64,000 nucleotides of DNA from a virus (IMGVR_UViG_3300031992_000055:29683-93682); one strand, 5' to 3'; numbered from the stretch's first letter, positions 1 through 10,801 are shown. Translations and numbers: made by a program. Notes: generated by a model from the sequence alone, not told the origin.

Positions 1-816
1 ATAGTTCTCCAATGAGAAATCTTTGAAGTAAGGATCTCTATTAAGGTTATCTCTTATGATTCTCCAATAAAGTCTTGCTTGAATCATATAAGACCACTGC
101 AAGAAACTTCCTTCAAAATTCCACTCAGAGTGTCCGCTTGTCTTAAGGTCTATAGGATAAATCTTCTTGGCATCATAGTCTACACAAATCAAATCAGCCA
201 TACATCTGTATCCTACACCTTCAAGAGTAGCCCTGAACTTTAATTGATAGTACCTTTGAACAGAAGAGAAAGGGTCATTGTCTGCAAAGTAATGAGAAGT
301 AGTAGGAGATTCCTTTAACGCTCTAACCATATTAAGAGCATCATTATACATATTAGTATCTACAATAGTCCTATCTGCATGAAGCAAGGCATTGAAATAC
401 TCTACTATGTTTCCTGTCTTTAAGACTTCTCTATACCTTATTTTATCCCACTTGTCTGCTTTCCAGAATCCAGCATCTTTAGCAGCAACAGAAACTACTA
501 TCTCAGGAATCTCTTCAAAGGACTGATATGGAAGGTTCATAGTAAGCAATTGATTGCATACATCTTTACCTCCATCAGTAACATTGATATCTAATACTTG
601 GAAGAGTTTATGGAATTCATCTTCTCCTCCTGTAAGAAGAGTATCAACAATGGAACCCAATGTAAGAGAAGGACTCTCTATCTTATCAAACAAGTGATTA
701 AGGCCATCATATCCTGTTTTCTCATAAGTTGACAGGATAGAATAACTAAGTTCTGGCATTGCCCTATATTGGGGCTCTGTGATTGGAAGTGCTATAGCAC
801 TTAGTTCTTTGTTCAT
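1..816 (-). CDS. PD-(D/E)XK exonuclease, RecE/ExoVIII-like (runs off window start)
   Basis: Not in ORF track. ATG at 816 (MNKELSAIALPITEPQYRAMPELSYS...); motif RCMADLICVD...IDLKTS...YMIQARLY. Confidence 0.8.
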   Translation of the reverse strand, partial: MNKELSAIALPITEPQYRAMPELSYSILSTYEKTGYDGLNHLFDKIESPSLTLGSIVDTLLTGGEDEFHKLFQVLDINVTDGGKDVCNQLLTMNLPYQSFEEIPEIVVSVAAKDAGFWKADKWDKIRYREVLKTGNIVEYFNALLHADRTIVDTNMYNDALNMVRALKESPTTSHYFADNDPFSSVQRYYQLKFRATLEGVGYRCMADLICVDYDAKKIYPIDLKTSGHSEWNFEGSFLQWSYMIQARLYWRIIRDNLNRDPYFKDFSLENY

Positions 817-1382
817 AATGTAATCTTCTTTAGTTTCCACTTATAACCATAAGCATACTCTTTTTTACATAACATAACCTGAAGAATAGCTGTAGTGCCT
901 TTACTTCCAAGACCTAAGTCATGCAAAGCCTGTTCTACAGAGTCAAACAATCTTGGCTCGCCTTGCTTGCCTCTTACAGGTTTATGAGTAACCTCAATAG
1001 CATAGCCTAGATAGGTCCAATGATTGTCTAAGGCTTGGAGAAGAGCCTTCTTGCAATTCTTGATTTGATAGAATATAGTAGAAGGCTCATTCTCCATTAG
1101 ATACTTGAATATATATTTCTTCTTGTTCTTCCATTCAGGAGTTTCGAATCCTTTACACTCAAGCATTATAGGGCCTATTACAAAATCTGGCTTATATGTT
1201 ATAGCTCTGACTTTATCCTTTTGGAAGGGACATCTAAAACTATCTAACAGGGTTATCTTTCTTTTCTCATATTCAAAAGGAATACCTAGTGTATCAAGTA
1301 CCTCAGCAGTATCAGCCTCCAGAGTACTTCGATACTTCACACCTTTGTACTCCTTTTCTGCTACTCCTTGGATTCTACTCAT
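813..1382 (-). CDS. Endonuclease, T7 endo I/Holliday-junction resolvase-like, with C-terminal HTH-like domain
   Basis: YRSTLE...YKPDFVIG..LECKG PD-(D/E)XK motif. Confidence 0.7.
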   Translation of the reverse strand: MSRIQGVAEKEYKGVKYRSTLEADTAEVLDTLGIPFEYEKRKITLLDSFRCPFQKDKVRAITYKPDFVIGPIMLECKGFETPEWKNKKKYIFKYLMENEPSTIFYQIKNCKKALLQALDNHWTYLGYAIEVTHKPVRGKQGEPRLFDSVEQALHDLGLGSKGTTAILQVMLCKKEYAYGYKWKLKKITL

Positions 1383-1716
1383 CTTTAAGTACCTTCTTCA
1401 GAATGTCAGAAATCTCCTTATTAGCTTCCTTCATCTCCTTCTCTAAGGCAGCAAGACGATTATCAAGCCTCTCCTGGTCAGCAATGATATAGTGCATCAA
1501 CTTCTCTATACACCAGTCATTACTATTACACTCACACTCTCCCTCCTCACACTCTGCTTTGTCTTCTTTGTCTACTTCATTTTCAATGATTCCAACCATT
1601 ACGCCAATCATTCCTTGAAGACCATCAATCAAATCTTCAATACTTTTAGGTTGATCTTTCTCATTCTTGATGCTGTTGTCTACACTCTTAAAGAACTCAA
1701 ACTTTTTCTTGTTCAT
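1375..1716 (-). CDS. Hypothetical coiled-coil protein
   Basis: Tightly packed in the minus-strand operon. Confidence 0.6.
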   Translation of the reverse strand: MNKKKFEFFKSVDNSIKNEKDQPKSIEDLIDGLQGMIGVMVGIIENEVDKEDKAECEEGECECNSNDWCIEKLMHYIIADQERLDNRLAALEKEMKEANKEISDILKKVLKDE

Positions 1717-1722
1717 TTGTTT

Positions 1723-2406
1723 TTAATTTATAATGTTAAACCATTTAATCCCATAGCCATTCTGACCAATGAGAATGTTATTTACCTCAGTCCAAACTTC
1801 TGAAGGCATGTCTTCATGTATTCTTGAGTAGTATGCCGGATGTCTAGTCTTTAGGATATGATTAAACTTACTGTTTATATAATCCTCATAAGACTGTGCG
1901 GCGCTGCCCATAAGGACATAGACAATACCTGTAGTCCATTCTGATAATTTTGAAAGTAAGGATTTCATAAAGGGTCTCCATAAAAGAGCATGTGCTTGAG
2001 GCTTTCCAACCTCACAAGATAGTGCTGAATTTAGCATTAGCACTCCTTGCTCCTCCCACTTCTCCAAACTGCAGTCAAAGTTAACCTCTGTCTTGTAAGT
2101 ACTAAAATCAATAACAGAGTTTCTAATAACATCTAATGAAGGAGAGTAGTCTTTCAATGGAGTATTAGGAGCATTGCCAAAGGCTATGCCTGTTGCTCTT
2201 GGTTTTCCTTTATAGAGATCAGGGTAAGGGTCTTGACCTAAAATAAGCACTCTCAGATTACTGAGAGTGCAATAGCGAAAAGCCTTAAAGATATCTTTGA
2301 TTTGTGGACATACATTATTATATGTAGTCAATCTATTTACTATCTTGTTAGCTTCCTTAAGATTAATTACCTTACTCCAATCTCCAAAGTACTCTTCTAT
2401 AGTCAT
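1723..2406 (-). CDS. ung: Uracil-DNA glycosylase (family 1)
   Basis: ILGQDPYP, GVLMLN and HPA motifs. Confidence 0.92.
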   Translation of the reverse strand: MTIEEYFGDWSKVINLKEANKIVNRLTTYNNVCPQIKDIFKAFRYCTLSNLRVLILGQDPYPDLYKGKPRATGIAFGNAPNTPLKDYSPSLDVIRNSVIDFSTYKTEVNFDCSLEKWEEQGVLMLNSALSCEVGKPQAHALLWRPFMKSLLSKLSEWTTGIVYVLMGSAAQSYEDYINSKFNHILKTRHPAYYSRIHEDMPSEVWTEVNNILIGQNGYGIKWFNIIN

Positions 2407-3467
2407 TCTTCTGCTTTTATCCTTGGATGGACAACATCTTTCTCATCAACATAAACAAATGGAAGCCTGTAGCAATAAGCAAGATATTTTTCATCATCAT
2501 AATTATTCAACTTTCTTACTAATCTTTCAGTTAAATCATAATCTGCTTGACTTATATATCTGTCATTGTAAGAAACATAGTAACCACTGTAACAGTTTAG
2601 TTTCTTCAACATATATTTTACAGCAGTACTAGTCTTAGCCTTAGCATATCTCCACGCTGTATTGTTCATTAATACAGTTAATACACTTTGTGGATACTTT
2701 GCATAATCTAATGCAGCCAGAGTCTTTAAGCCTAAATCTACAACATCATCACTTTTGCTATCCAGCATTTCAGCTATAGACACCATGTTCTCATATGTAG
2801 GAACATTACTCTCATCTCCTAATGTCTTCATTATAGTATCTTGAAATACTATCTTATCTTTAGGAAGCAGACCAATCATGTAGTCAAGAGCAAACATAGT
2901 AGCACTGTTGAATCCAGCTATAGGACCACAATATTCTAATGTGGCTTCTCTTATAGCATCATCTAAGTTTTGATGGGATATAGGAGGCACTAGATTTATC
3001 AATTTGGTACCTAGCTTAGTATTGCTTAATAGAATATCTGTTTGGGAATCTGTATAAAACATACACAAATATACCTTCTTTGCAGTGTCATTTATGAATA
3101 CTGCTGTACGCCTCCAAACCTCCACATCTGTAGTGCTTTTTCCTGGCACTATAATGGCATCTGCCATTACAGCATTTAAACACCTTTTATATTTAGATGC
3201 CAGAGAAGTTCTAGGAATAGTACAAGAAGGATGTATGTACACCTTGCTTGCACCAATAAGAGCTTGAGGATTTTCCTTTATCTCAAGTATGAAGTCATAG
3301 TCATTAATATAGCTTGCATCTATGGGATAATGCATAAAAACATTATTCCCATACCACCAACAGTATGGATTGCATGAGTGAGTAGTACTCTCAAATATGC
3401 TGTAACCTATCCTGGTTACTTGATAGTCTTCATACCCATAATACTTTGAACCTTTTGTTTTAGCCAT
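2403..3467 (-). CDS. Hypothetical protein downstream of MoxR ATPase
   Basis: 354-aa ORF overlapping the ung start (ATGA). Confidence 0.7.
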   Translation of the reverse strand: MAKTKGSKYYGYEDYQVTRIGYSIFESTTHSCNPYCWWYGNNVFMHYPIDASYINDYDFILEIKENPQALIGASKVYIHPSCTIPRTSLASKYKRCLNAVMADAIIVPGKSTTDVEVWRRTAVFINDTAKKVYLCMFYTDSQTDILLSNTKLGTKLINLVPPISHQNLDDAIREATLEYCGPIAGFNSATMFALDYMIGLLPKDKIVFQDTIMKTLGDESNVPTYENMVSIAEMLDSKSDDVVDLGLKTLAALDYAKYPQSVLTVLMNNTAWRYAKAKTSTAVKYMLKKLNCYSGYYVSYNDRYISQADYDLTERLVRKLNNYDDEKYLAYCYRLPFVYVDEKDVVHPRIKAEE

Positions 3468-3477
3468 GGTTTTGGTT

Positions 3478-5788
3478 TTAAATAATCACTTTATTCCTTA
3501 TATCTGCATTAAGAAGTAACCTGTTGCTTCTTGCAGGATACTTGGCCATTATAGTCTTAATAATATGGAATAGCAAATCATCAGAAAAGAGTTTCCTATC
3601 ATTGTTGACAAACTCAAGAAGCCTGTCTTGAACAAGATTTGATTTGCTTTCCTTCTGTGAGAAGTAATAAAGGATATAGTTTAACAACCTGATTGCAAGA
3701 ATACTTGCTATTTCAGGCTTAAATCTTTCTCCTTCATGAGTACAATCATAGATTTTGGGCTCTACTGTATCCCATTTCTGCATCAGCATATCCTTTGGAG
3801 GAATCAGTTTATCCAATCTTTGAGCAATAAAGGTAGTAAATAAAGTACCTACCACATTGTCTTTATCATTCAGAAAACATCCCTTAGAGATATTGAGAAT
3901 CAAAGCAAGAGATTTATCATCCTCCCAATTAGGTATTCCACTGATGGCCTTACAGAAAGTAGTATAGGCTCTTGGATTAATAGTCTGGATATTGTTATGC
4001 TTCTTGAATATCTCATCTCCATATAGAAGACAAAAGTTAATTGCTCTAGAATCTACTTGGTGAAACTCTGCCCAAGAAGCCCAATCTTTGACATCAAGTT
4101 TAAGATTAAAGTTAATAAACCTCGTCTTTTGAGCTGGATCCAAAGACTGAACACTAAACTCTCCATCATCAGGATTAGTAGTCAAACAGATGGTAGTATT
4201 CTTAGGAAGATTCCAAGAGATATACTTACCTTCATTTATTAACTCCATAGTAGCCTGCATAAACAGGACATTTGCCCTAGTGTAATCATCCAAACAAAGA
4301 ATACATCCATTAGGATTCTCCTCTTTAGGTAACCAAGAAGGAGTAGCATATCCCATTCTTGTGTGATTGGTAACAGTGACATTAGAAGGCACCTTTGATA
4401 ATAAGTTCTCAGGCCACCATTTGGTTTTCTGTGAGCCATCTTTGCCTGTCCATTGTAAGAGCACTTCCTTTTGAGGAAAACCACACAAATCACCTACTTC
4501 CTCTAACTGTGAGAGATTTAGTTTACAAAGAGTCATTCCTCTCTTCTCAGCAACTTGCTGTATGAGAGAAGTCTTCAGTTTTGTTATCGTAAGGCTTTTT
4601 ATCCTTACTTCTATAGATTGATTTCTCTATAGCTCAGCGTACATTTTCATCCTGTAGTTTTATACAGGAGCAGGGCACTCTTGGATGGATTATATTTATT
4701 CACCATCTACGCGTTACAATGTTCAACAGCCTTTCGCAATCTGCTGAATTATCTCGGTATTAGCATCTCAGCCTTCACCGATTTTACCCTGTAATAATCT
4801 TACCAATTACTTGATAAGACGGCAAGTCTATCATATTTGCGTTGTAAATAAATATTAGAATTTTTGTATAGTTTGGTTATCACTTCATCCGCGTTATTGC
4901 AATTACATGACATACAATAAGTATTATTTTTCCATCTTTTATCGTGCATTAAATTTGAAAACATAGGAAAAATTTCCTTAATATCATAAAGAAATTCTTT
5001 TGTTCCTATAATTTGTAAATGCAATCTTCCAGATGGAGTAAATGATATACAGCCATCACCATCTACATAGCCTCTTATGAAGTGATATTTCAAATCATCA
5101 TACTTAAATATATCTTTTGGAAACTTAAGATTTAATGATTTATTTGGGATACATCCTAAAGAAACTAATTGCTCTTTGAAATGTTTATTTGTTACGGCTA
5201 GCCTACATCTTAGAAAATTTTTGCCATTACAAGTGACAGCACTTATTTTTACAGGCGATTCATTTTTCAGAAATTTTCTATATTTCTCAAGATGGTCAGC
5301 ATCTACAGCAGAAAGTGATAATTCTACATTGTTTATTGTAGAAGACACATTTCCGTCTGCATATAAAAATCCTAACCAATATGCTTTTTCTTCTGAATCA
5401 ATACAGTCAAATACTGTATTATCAAATTTTAGAGCATTATGATAGTTAGGGGTATTTAAATGCAATTTTTTAAGAGCTCTTTGTACTGTTGTCCTACAAA
5501 CATTTAACTCTTTTGCCATTTCTTTCTTAGTATATCCTTCAGAGTTTAACCTTACTAATTTTTCTAAATTCAATATATTCGTAAATTTTTATGCAAAATT
5601 ACGAATACCAATACAAATATGAAGCTAGCTAAGGAAAACACTTAGACCACCTTACCAATACCTGCTGCTCCTTCTATACCAATGGCAATAGGAGTTAGGC
5701 CCTGTTCTTCCAATTGCTTGTTGTTGTCAAGCAAATAATTTAGTACATCAGTAAATTCACTGATGGTCATCTCATTTAAATTTGTCAT
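3478..5788 (-). CDS. MoxR-like AAA+ ATPase, spliced (exon1 5788-5654, exon2 4575-3478; ~410 aa)
   Basis: Exon1 MTNLNEM...IEGAAGIG plus exon2 KTSLIQQVAEKRG rebuilds Walker A GAAGIGKT. Walker B CLDDYTR, TTNP sensor and KTRF arginine finger lie in exon2. Confidence 0.9.
4576..5653 (-). mobile_element. Group I intron (IA-like) in MoxR ATPase Walker A
   Basis: Exon ends in U and intron ends in G. Core elements AAAATCGGTGAA, AATACCGAG, TGTAACGCGTAG, AAAATGTACGCTG; P3 AGGGT/GCCCT. Confidence 0.9.
4800..5573 (-). CDS. Intron-encoded double-motif LAGLIDADG homing endonuclease with N-terminal HTH
   Basis: YWLGFLYADG and FIRGYVDGDG motifs. Confidence 0.9.
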   Translation of the reverse strand: MNLEKLVRLNSEGYTKKEMAKELNVCRTTVQRALKKLHLNTPNYHNALKFDNTVFDCIDSEEKAYWLGFLYADGNVSSTINNVELSLSAVDADHLEKYRKFLKNESPVKISAVTCNGKNFLRCRLAVTNKHFKEQLVSLGCIPNKSLNLKFPKDIFKYDDLKYHFIRGYVDGDGCISFTPSGRLHLQIIGTKEFLYDIKEIFPMFSNLMHDKRWKNNTYCMSCNCNNADEVITKLYKNSNIYLQRKYDRLAVLSSNW

Positions 5789-5796
5789 AAGTTTTT

Positions 5797-6117
5797 CTAC
5801 TTAATTATGTCAAGATTATCTACATCCATTTTGATGCTTTTTATAGCCTGTGTAGAGACATCGAAGAATCTAACTTCCCTAAACACCTTTATAGGATATA
5901 TGCATCCTTTCTTGAATACATCATCTACCCTCTCATCAAAATAAAAAACTATACCTTCTGGAGTCTTTAAAGTCTCTTGAGAAGTGTACCACTTTCTCTT
6001 TCCTTTTCTTGAGATATTCAAGATGTCTGTCCATTCAGGGAGTTTCTTCTGTATAAATATAGAATATTCTCCTACATCTTTTACAATGGCTGTTCTATAG
6101 GATTTGTACTTCTTCAA
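5797..6117 (-). CDS. Small hypothetical protein, paralog of 6144-6422
   Basis: Shares V/IGE.SI....LP and TPE..V.YF...V motifs with its neighbour. Confidence 0.65.
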   Translation of the reverse strand: MKKYKSYRTAIVKDVGEYSIFIQKKLPEWTDILNISRKGKRKWYTSQETLKTPEGIVFYFDERVDDVFKKGCIYPIKVFREVRFFDVSTQAIKSIKMDVDNLDIIK

Positions 6118-6143
6118 TTGTTATAGCTCTATAAATTATTATG

Positions 6144-6422
6144 TTAGTAAATTACTTCCATACCTACCTTTAGCCAATCTGGTACTTTATCTTTAAAATA
6201 TACAACTACTGTTTCTGGGGTATGTACATCTTCTGCAACTGGTATTCCAAATGCAGCTTCAAATTTCATATAAGACATAATTCCATACTTTTTTCGAAAG
6301 TTAGCATCTGGATTTGGAAGCAATATTTTTCTGTTAGAGAGTGGAAGTATAAAAGATAATATTATTGAATGTTCTCCGATTTCTTCTATTTTCCATACTC
6401 TTGGTTCCTTAAGTTTATCCAT
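6144..6422 (-). CDS. Small hypothetical protein, paralog of 5797-6117
   Basis: Same shared motifs; overlaps the vWA gene stop. Confidence 0.65.
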   Translation of the reverse strand: MDKLKEPRVWKIEEIGEHSIILSFILPLSNRKILLPNPDANFRKKYGIMSYMKFEAAFGIPVAEDVHTPETVVVYFKDKVPDWLKVGMEVIY

Positions 6423-8754
6423 GTTCTTCTGGAATATAAATTACTTTACCAGGAAAATCCTGATGCATTCCATTAGATGTAATTACCCATACCATACCAG
6501 AAAGATTCCTATTAGGCAAAGAACATTCTCCATCAGTGAAATAGATAAGAGAAGCATATTCTTTCTTGTGCTTGATGTAGTATTCTACAGGTGGATTAAA
6601 GTCAGTTCCTCCTCTACCATATATCTCAGGTATTCTCTTACCATCATACTCTACTATCTTGTTAATACGGGTATCACATTCAAGAATAGTTACTCTTGCT
6701 CCTGCTTTATAGATATATTCTATTTCACCAAAGAAATCTCTGAGTTCCTCTGTTGATACTGAGCCTGAGGTATCTACTGCAACAAGAATACTGACTTTCT
6801 TCTTGTGTTGTATACCTGCTGCTCCCTCAAATCTTTTAGATTCCTTTCTTCTGGTTGTCTTTATATTTACATCATATATAGAGCCAAGGAGTCTTCTGAA
6901 ATAATGCTTCCAGTTAAATATCTCAGGCTTTTTCTCATTAAGCTTGGATATTATTTCAGATAATTCTCCTGGAATAGTTCCATTCTGTCTTGATATCTGT
7001 TCAGCAGTGCTTTTCAAGAGAGTATTCACATTGTTCACCATCAATTGCTTGGTGGCTTCTGGTACATCTCTAAAGTCTTTCCAAGAGTTATGGTCATCCA
7101 AAGGCTTCTTTCCTTCTGGTAGTCCCTTTGGATACTGACTTTCTTTCTTTTCTTGTTTATCTTCTTGCCCTCCTCCTTGAGAGCTACCTTGTCCTTGACC
7201 TTCCTGATTAGATTGTTGTTGTTGCTGTTGTTGTTGAGATTGTTGACTTTGATTTGTCAGCGCTTCATAATAATACTTAGTTCCTTGTCCATCAGGTAAG
7301 CCAATATCGGATGCTTTACATCCATCACTAGGAAGATTCTCTATGTAAGAGTTTACTTCCATGTCTGCAGCAATATTAAATATTTGCGCATTCGTAAAGG
7401 AGTTAACCATAAACATATGTTGAAAGGCAATATGACTACGATTGTTAACTAATACTTTCATATTAGACCAGACTATACCTTCATCCCGTTTTGGGATGGA
7501 CTTATTATAGTCGTTGAACGTCTTTCTTCTGCATATTTTTCAAATTTTACTTTCTTTCTTTCAAGAAATACAGTAGCATCAGAATACATATAATTATAGA
7601 ATTTATATGAGTCTTTAACGCTATAAACTACTGTATAGACATTATTGTAGTGTTTTATTTTATTGTATTTTGTTGGTACATACTGTATTAAACTTTCTAA
7701 AAATTCCCTGGAACCACTACAAACACCACTATTCAAAGTTGTATTATCTTTCCCAGGTAAATATTTATGAATACTAACACACCCATCCCCATCAAAATAC
7801 CCTCTTATAAAATGATGTACCAGTGAATTTTCAAGAGGGGGAAATTGAATAATATTTGATTTACAAGGAACGCATCCTAATTTACAAAGATCCTTGAAAA
7901 GTTTGTTACTGGTAATATGTAACTTCCAAATGTCTTTATGGTAGTGAGGATGTGTCTCTTTAAGTAAATTTCCAGTAAAACCAATATCTTTTTTAAACTG
8001 ATTTAACCAATCTCTGTCAATAGAGGACACAAACAATTGACCTGTTCCACATTTACCGATAGAAACATTTCCATCAGCAAACATTACTCCAAGCCAATAT
8101 GCTTTAATTTCAGTGTCAATCACTTCAAAAAAGGATTCATTACATTCATATAAGTAATTTTTACCTACTGCTCTAACTACATCAAACGAATGTAATACTT
8201 TAGCAACAGTTTTATCTCCCGCTTTAAAAATGCGAGCTATTTTATTAATTGCTAATTTTTGTTCTACGTATAAATTTACAATTTTTTCAATCTCTTCCCC
8301 TGAAAACTTTCTAATATACATAATTTTATATGAGTTAATATTCAATACAAAGATAGTAATTTATTTTAAAATATAGAAGAAATTTCGCTGCGGATTTTCC
8401 AATATTAACGCTTTTTACCATACCTGAATAATTAGTTCAGCCCTTTACTACATTACTATGTAAAGTTGGTACGTTAATCTCTAAGGAGGTTCCCGCAATT
8501 TAAAGTCTTTTACATTCTATATTACTATAGAAAGGAGCCTAGCTATTAAGCTCATGCTGGAGTAAGGCAATCTGTTCATCATCTGAGTAGTTTTCCCAGA
8601 ACTCCGGATTAATACATAACTCAAGATTGATGCCTTTTCTTCTTACACATAGAGTGTCTATTGTCGTAGTTATTGTCTTAGGTAGACTGAGACAAAAGAG
8701 ACCATAAAACGGACTCTTTATCAACAGCCTTTTAAAGGTCTTTTCTATTTCCAT
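6415..8754 (-). CDS. HExxH metallopeptidase-vWA protein (DUF2201-like), spliced (exon1 8754-8549, exon2 7438-6415; ~409 aa)
   Basis: Splicing restores HELSHIAFQH, followed by NIAADMEVN, a Q-rich linker, and vWA motifs DTSGS, GRGGTDF, YFTDG. Confidence 0.88.
7439..8548 (-). mobile_element. Group I intron (IB-like) in the HExxH motif
   Basis: P AAATTGCGGGAA, Q AATCCGCAGC, R GTTCAACGACTA, S AAGGTATAGTCT. P1 is exon GAGCU with IGS GGCUC (U-G wobble); P10 GCUA/UAGU; terminal G at 7439. Confidence 0.92.
7473..8321 (-). CDS. Intron-encoded double-motif LAGLIDADG homing endonuclease
   Basis: YWLGVMFADG and FIRGYFDGDG motifs. ATG 8321 preferred over TTG 8345 because a -7 promoter box lies at 8348-8355. 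The 3' end overlaps the intron core. Confidence 0.88.
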   Translation of the reverse strand: MYIRKFSGEEIEKIVNLYVEQKLAINKIARIFKAGDKTVAKVLHSFDVVRAVGKNYLYECNESFFEVIDTEIKAYWLGVMFADGNVSIGKCGTGQLFVSSIDRDWLNQFKKDIGFTGNLLKETHPHYHKDIWKLHITSNKLFKDLCKLGCVPCKSNIIQFPPLENSLVHHFIRGYFDGDGCVSIHKYLPGKDNTTLNSGVCSGSREFLESLIQYVPTKYNKIKHYNNVYTVVYSVKDSYKFYNYMYSDATVFLERKKVKFEKYAEERRSTTIISPSQNGMKV

Positions 8755-8773
8755 ACATAATACTTGTAAAATA

Positions 8774-8803
8774 AAAAGGAGAGAGGACATTGTTCCTCTC
8801 CCC
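8774..8803 (-). terminator. Intrinsic terminator-like hairpin after primase
   Basis: GGGGAGAGGA/TCCTCTCTCC stem plus U tract on the minus strand. Confidence 0.55.
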
Positions 8804-8821
8804 CTAACATAAACACTATGG

Positions 8822-9823
8822 CTACAAGAAGTATTCTCGCAGTTTTTTAAAATCCTCTTTATTATCTAAAGCCTTATAGTAATCAGAAAAGTCTTTTTCT
8901 TTACCTAGGTTTGGAATTACATGTATAAATCCTGTCTGTTTAGCAAGTTTTTTACCATCCATAATACCTGGAATGTCGGTATCAAAGGCTATAAAAATTC
9001 TTTTGTACCTCTGTTTTAATTCTCTGATGGCAGTATTCGACATACTATATCCTTCTCCTTGAAGACACAATGTAGGTATATGTAATTGGCATGATATACA
9101 TAAAGCATCTTTAAGAGAAGAACATATAATCACTCTATCGCCAGTTTCTGGTATTTTAGACCAAAGACCAATGACAGAACTATCCATTTTACTGCACCAT
9201 TTGAACCCCTGTTTATTAAAAGGCTGATAGATTTTTAATGATACATTTCCCTCTTTTCTTTCAACAAAACAATATGCATATTTATCGGCATTGAATATAT
9301 ATTTAATGCCTTTGCTTGTTGGACTTTCCATCTTAGTGACAATCTTATGAGAAATAGGATAGACTTCTGCATATCTTAGCCATTTTCTTTCAACCCCATA
9401 ACTCTCCCAATATTCAAAGTCATAGTCCTTCCATGGTCTAACTACTACTTGTATTTGAGTAAGACTACTTGCTTCTTTCCTTGTAAAGGTTTTTATCTGT
9501 TTAGGTTTTATAGTTATCTCTTGATTACTGATGAACATATCACATATTTTATCAAGAGCATGCCTAAACGAGCATCTCCAATACCTACAGAGTAAGTCAA
9601 GCAATCCTCCTCTTTCATTTGTAGCAAAATCTTTATAATAAACGTGGTTACTTTCGCTTAGGTAAAGACCAAAAGAAGGATTTCTGTCTTGTCTAATAGG
9701 AGAGCAAATCAAGCAAGGAAGTGTACGCACTTCAGGAAATACAGTAGTTAAAACTTCTATCTCACTTATTCTACTGAACACTTCCACTTTTGACATGTTT
9801 GATGATGTCTTTCCTATTATCAT
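8822..9823 (-). CDS. DNA primase (Zn-finger-like N-terminus plus TOPRIM)
   Basis: CSPIRQDRNPSF; SSLKDALC, QGEG and FDTDIPG TOPRIM motifs. Confidence 0.85.
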   Translation of the reverse strand: MIIGKTSSNMSKVEVFSRISEIEVLTTVFPEVRTLPCLICSPIRQDRNPSFGLYLSESNHVYYKDFATNERGGLLDLLCRYWRCSFRHALDKICDMFISNQEITIKPKQIKTFTRKEASSLTQIQVVVRPWKDYDFEYWESYGVERKWLRYAEVYPISHKIVTKMESPTSKGIKYIFNADKYAYCFVERKEGNVSLKIYQPFNKQGFKWCSKMDSSVIGLWSKIPETGDRVIICSSLKDALCISCQLHIPTLCLQGEGYSMSNTAIRELKQRYKRIFIAFDTDIPGIMDGKKLAKQTGFIHVIPNLGKEKDFSDYYKALDNKEDFKKLREYFL

Positions 9824-9856
9824 AAGATTATCACTATTAAAGGTTAGTATGAGGAA

Positions 9857-10783
9857 TTATTCCCAAGGCAACTCAGAAGAGGAGCCACCAAAAGGATCTT
9901 CACTCTTAGGAGTATCAAGATTTGTAGGCGTTACTTCCCACTCTGCAAGAGGTTGTACTTTGAACTCTGTAGTTGGATATGCTCCAGAGGCTTTTGCATT
10001 ATTGAGTTCCTTCTCCAGTTTAACATAAGACCTTTCTCCTGCATTATTAGCAAGAATCATATTGACTCTGGTTGCAATAGCCTGATACTGCCTCTGTCCA
10101 TTCTCTGTCTCTGCAGTACGAATACCATAAAGCAGCTGAATTTTGTTACTAGGCCTTATGGCAAGAGCCTCTTTAAGCTCAGAGAAGTTGCCGGAGAAAT
10201 AGTCTTTAATGTGATTCAGACTAAACATATAGTTCTCAGGATGCTCTTTCTTTACCCAAGAACCATTGACATAATTGAAAACACTCTCAACACCAAGATA
10301 GACCTTGAGGAAAAACACAAGTTCTGCTTCTCCTGCATATGCCATTCTGTACTTAGAATCAATCCTTAATTCTTTTCCTTCAGAAGACAGTAGTTTCTTT
10401 CCTGTTTTGGCGTCTTCTACTGATGCCCATGCACTGTTGCCAAAATCATCAATAACTTGAACTTTGGTCTTATCTCTATTATAGGCAGGAGTCTCACGGA
10501 GAGTAAACATCATTCTATTGATAATTTCAATGCCATTGTTTTTCTTTGGGTCAGTCTTCACTATAAAGTGAACCCTTGCTTCTCTACCATTCTCTCCATT
10601 TACTACATACTCTGGATCTTTATCCTGAGAGTTACCGTAGATAGCCTCAAGTTCCTTCTTAGAAGGATTAACTGCTAACACATAAGAACTTGCAACACCG
10701 ATGTAACGTTTAAACTCTTGGGCCTCTGTAGACTCTTTGGTGTTACCAATTGTAAGAAAACTGTAAGCGTTTATTCTTTTCAT
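9857..10783 (-). CDS. Putative single-stranded DNA-binding protein
   Basis: Located in the replication module; acidic tail ending EDPF...ELPWE. Confidence 0.6.
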   Translation of the reverse strand: MKRINAYSFLTIGNTKESTEAQEFKRYIGVASSYVLAVNPSKKELEAIYGNSQDKDPEYVVNGENGREARVHFIVKTDPKKNNGIEIINRMMFTLRETPAYNRDKTKVQVIDDFGNSAWASVEDAKTGKKLLSSEGKELRIDSKYRMAYAGEAELVFFLKVYLGVESVFNYVNGSWVKKEHPENYMFSLNHIKDYFSGNFSELKEALAIRPSNKIQLLYGIRTAETENGQRQYQAIATRVNMILANNAGERSYVKLEKELNNAKASGAYPTTEFKVQPLAEWEVTPTNLDTPKSEDPFGGSSSELPWE

Positions 10784-10801
10784 ACATTAAAAATTAAAAG
10801 A

